Assembly (NCBI RefSeq): GCF_964355755.1
Contig: NC_092676.1
Coordinates: 26,616,871 to 26,680,870 of the forward strand
DNA from: Antedon mediterranea
Lineage: Eukaryota; Animalia; Echinodermata
DNA: 64,000 nucleotides
Direction of reading: 5' to 3'
Under the pieces are notes generated by a model. It did no database searches and was not told where the DNA came from. It saw only the letters and a list, made by a program, of their open reading frames with translations. This document shows, in pieces, positions 63,234 through 64,000 of this stretch (position 1 is its first letter; the number at the start of each line of letters is the position of its first letter). Made by a program: the position numbers and the translations under genes.

Positions 63234-64000
63234 GTAAGCTAGGCACGAAATAAAACACTATACTTTAGTATCAGGTGCTGGGATTCTTTGCATCACTTAC
63301 TAGAATCAGCAACGATGACAATGATTTTGATATACTTACCATGCCTTGCAACAGTACAGTATAATTGGTCAACAATATGCAAATGAGACTTACTCCATGA
63401 AAATTTAGCTAACTGTATGCTTGCTTACAAACAAATCAGTTGTTTGACTGAAAAAAAATGATTTCAAGGTGCAGATGTCTGTCCACTAAAGATAGTAGTT
63501 TTATCGATAATAATAACCAGCTTTAAAGCAAGTCTACCTTTAACATTTTTACATAATAGTTGAGGTCACCTAAATAGAAAAATTACTAACAAAAAACATA
63601 ACTAATATTTCCCTTCCCATTTACAATATTCCTGGTTGCTCACCTGGTGTAAAGATTTCTATAGTCTGTCTCTATTAACTCCATGACATATACCTGCTTG
63701 TTGTTCAGCATAATACTTCAATGTAAAGTGTATTTCACACACGTACAACCAACATATAAAGTGTAGCTATACTTACCATTGTGTGGCAAAGATGCAATCT
63801 GTTGTTACTATAATACATGAAGTCATCATATTACATGTTAAGTCTATTACTTCTGGTTATCTAAACATGGTACATTTCATACAATATAAATATCTCAAAT
63901 ATGTTGTTAAATATTTATGAACAACTTGACACAAAGAAATATTATTTGCACACAATGTAATTTGTCCCTGTGGTCTTGTAGGGTATAAAAGCCAATTCAA

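Overview
AT-rich animal genomic DNA, with spliceosomal introns, SINEs, LINE fragments and MITEs. It looks like a marine invertebrate, possibly an echinoderm, but taxonomy cannot be proven from the window. The main feature is a tandem array of 11 plus-strand TRIM-NHL genes (RING, B-box2, coiled coil, six-bladed NHL propeller), each with its CDS in one exon. Four are intact (1718, 10519, 19249, 55813) and seven are frameshifted or truncated. Ten of the 11 lie antisense within the equivalent intron interval of three tandem, 5'-truncated copies of API5 (apoptosis inhibitor 5, minus strand), which hold 5, 1 and 4 TRIMs. Each repeated unit also appears to carry the last exons of an unidentified convergent gene. 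The B-box/coiled-coil part of the TRIMs is nearly invariant and patchwork-homogenised. The NHL loop residues predicted to form the ligand-binding top face are hypervariable, which suggests a diversifying immune-type receptor repertoire. Also present are a 49-bp minisatellite derived from a TRIM 3' flank, a 2-kb foldback-type TIR element with an empty paralogous site, three Helentron-like elements, MITEs, SINEs and LINE 3' fragments. All alignments were made by eye and no database searches were run.
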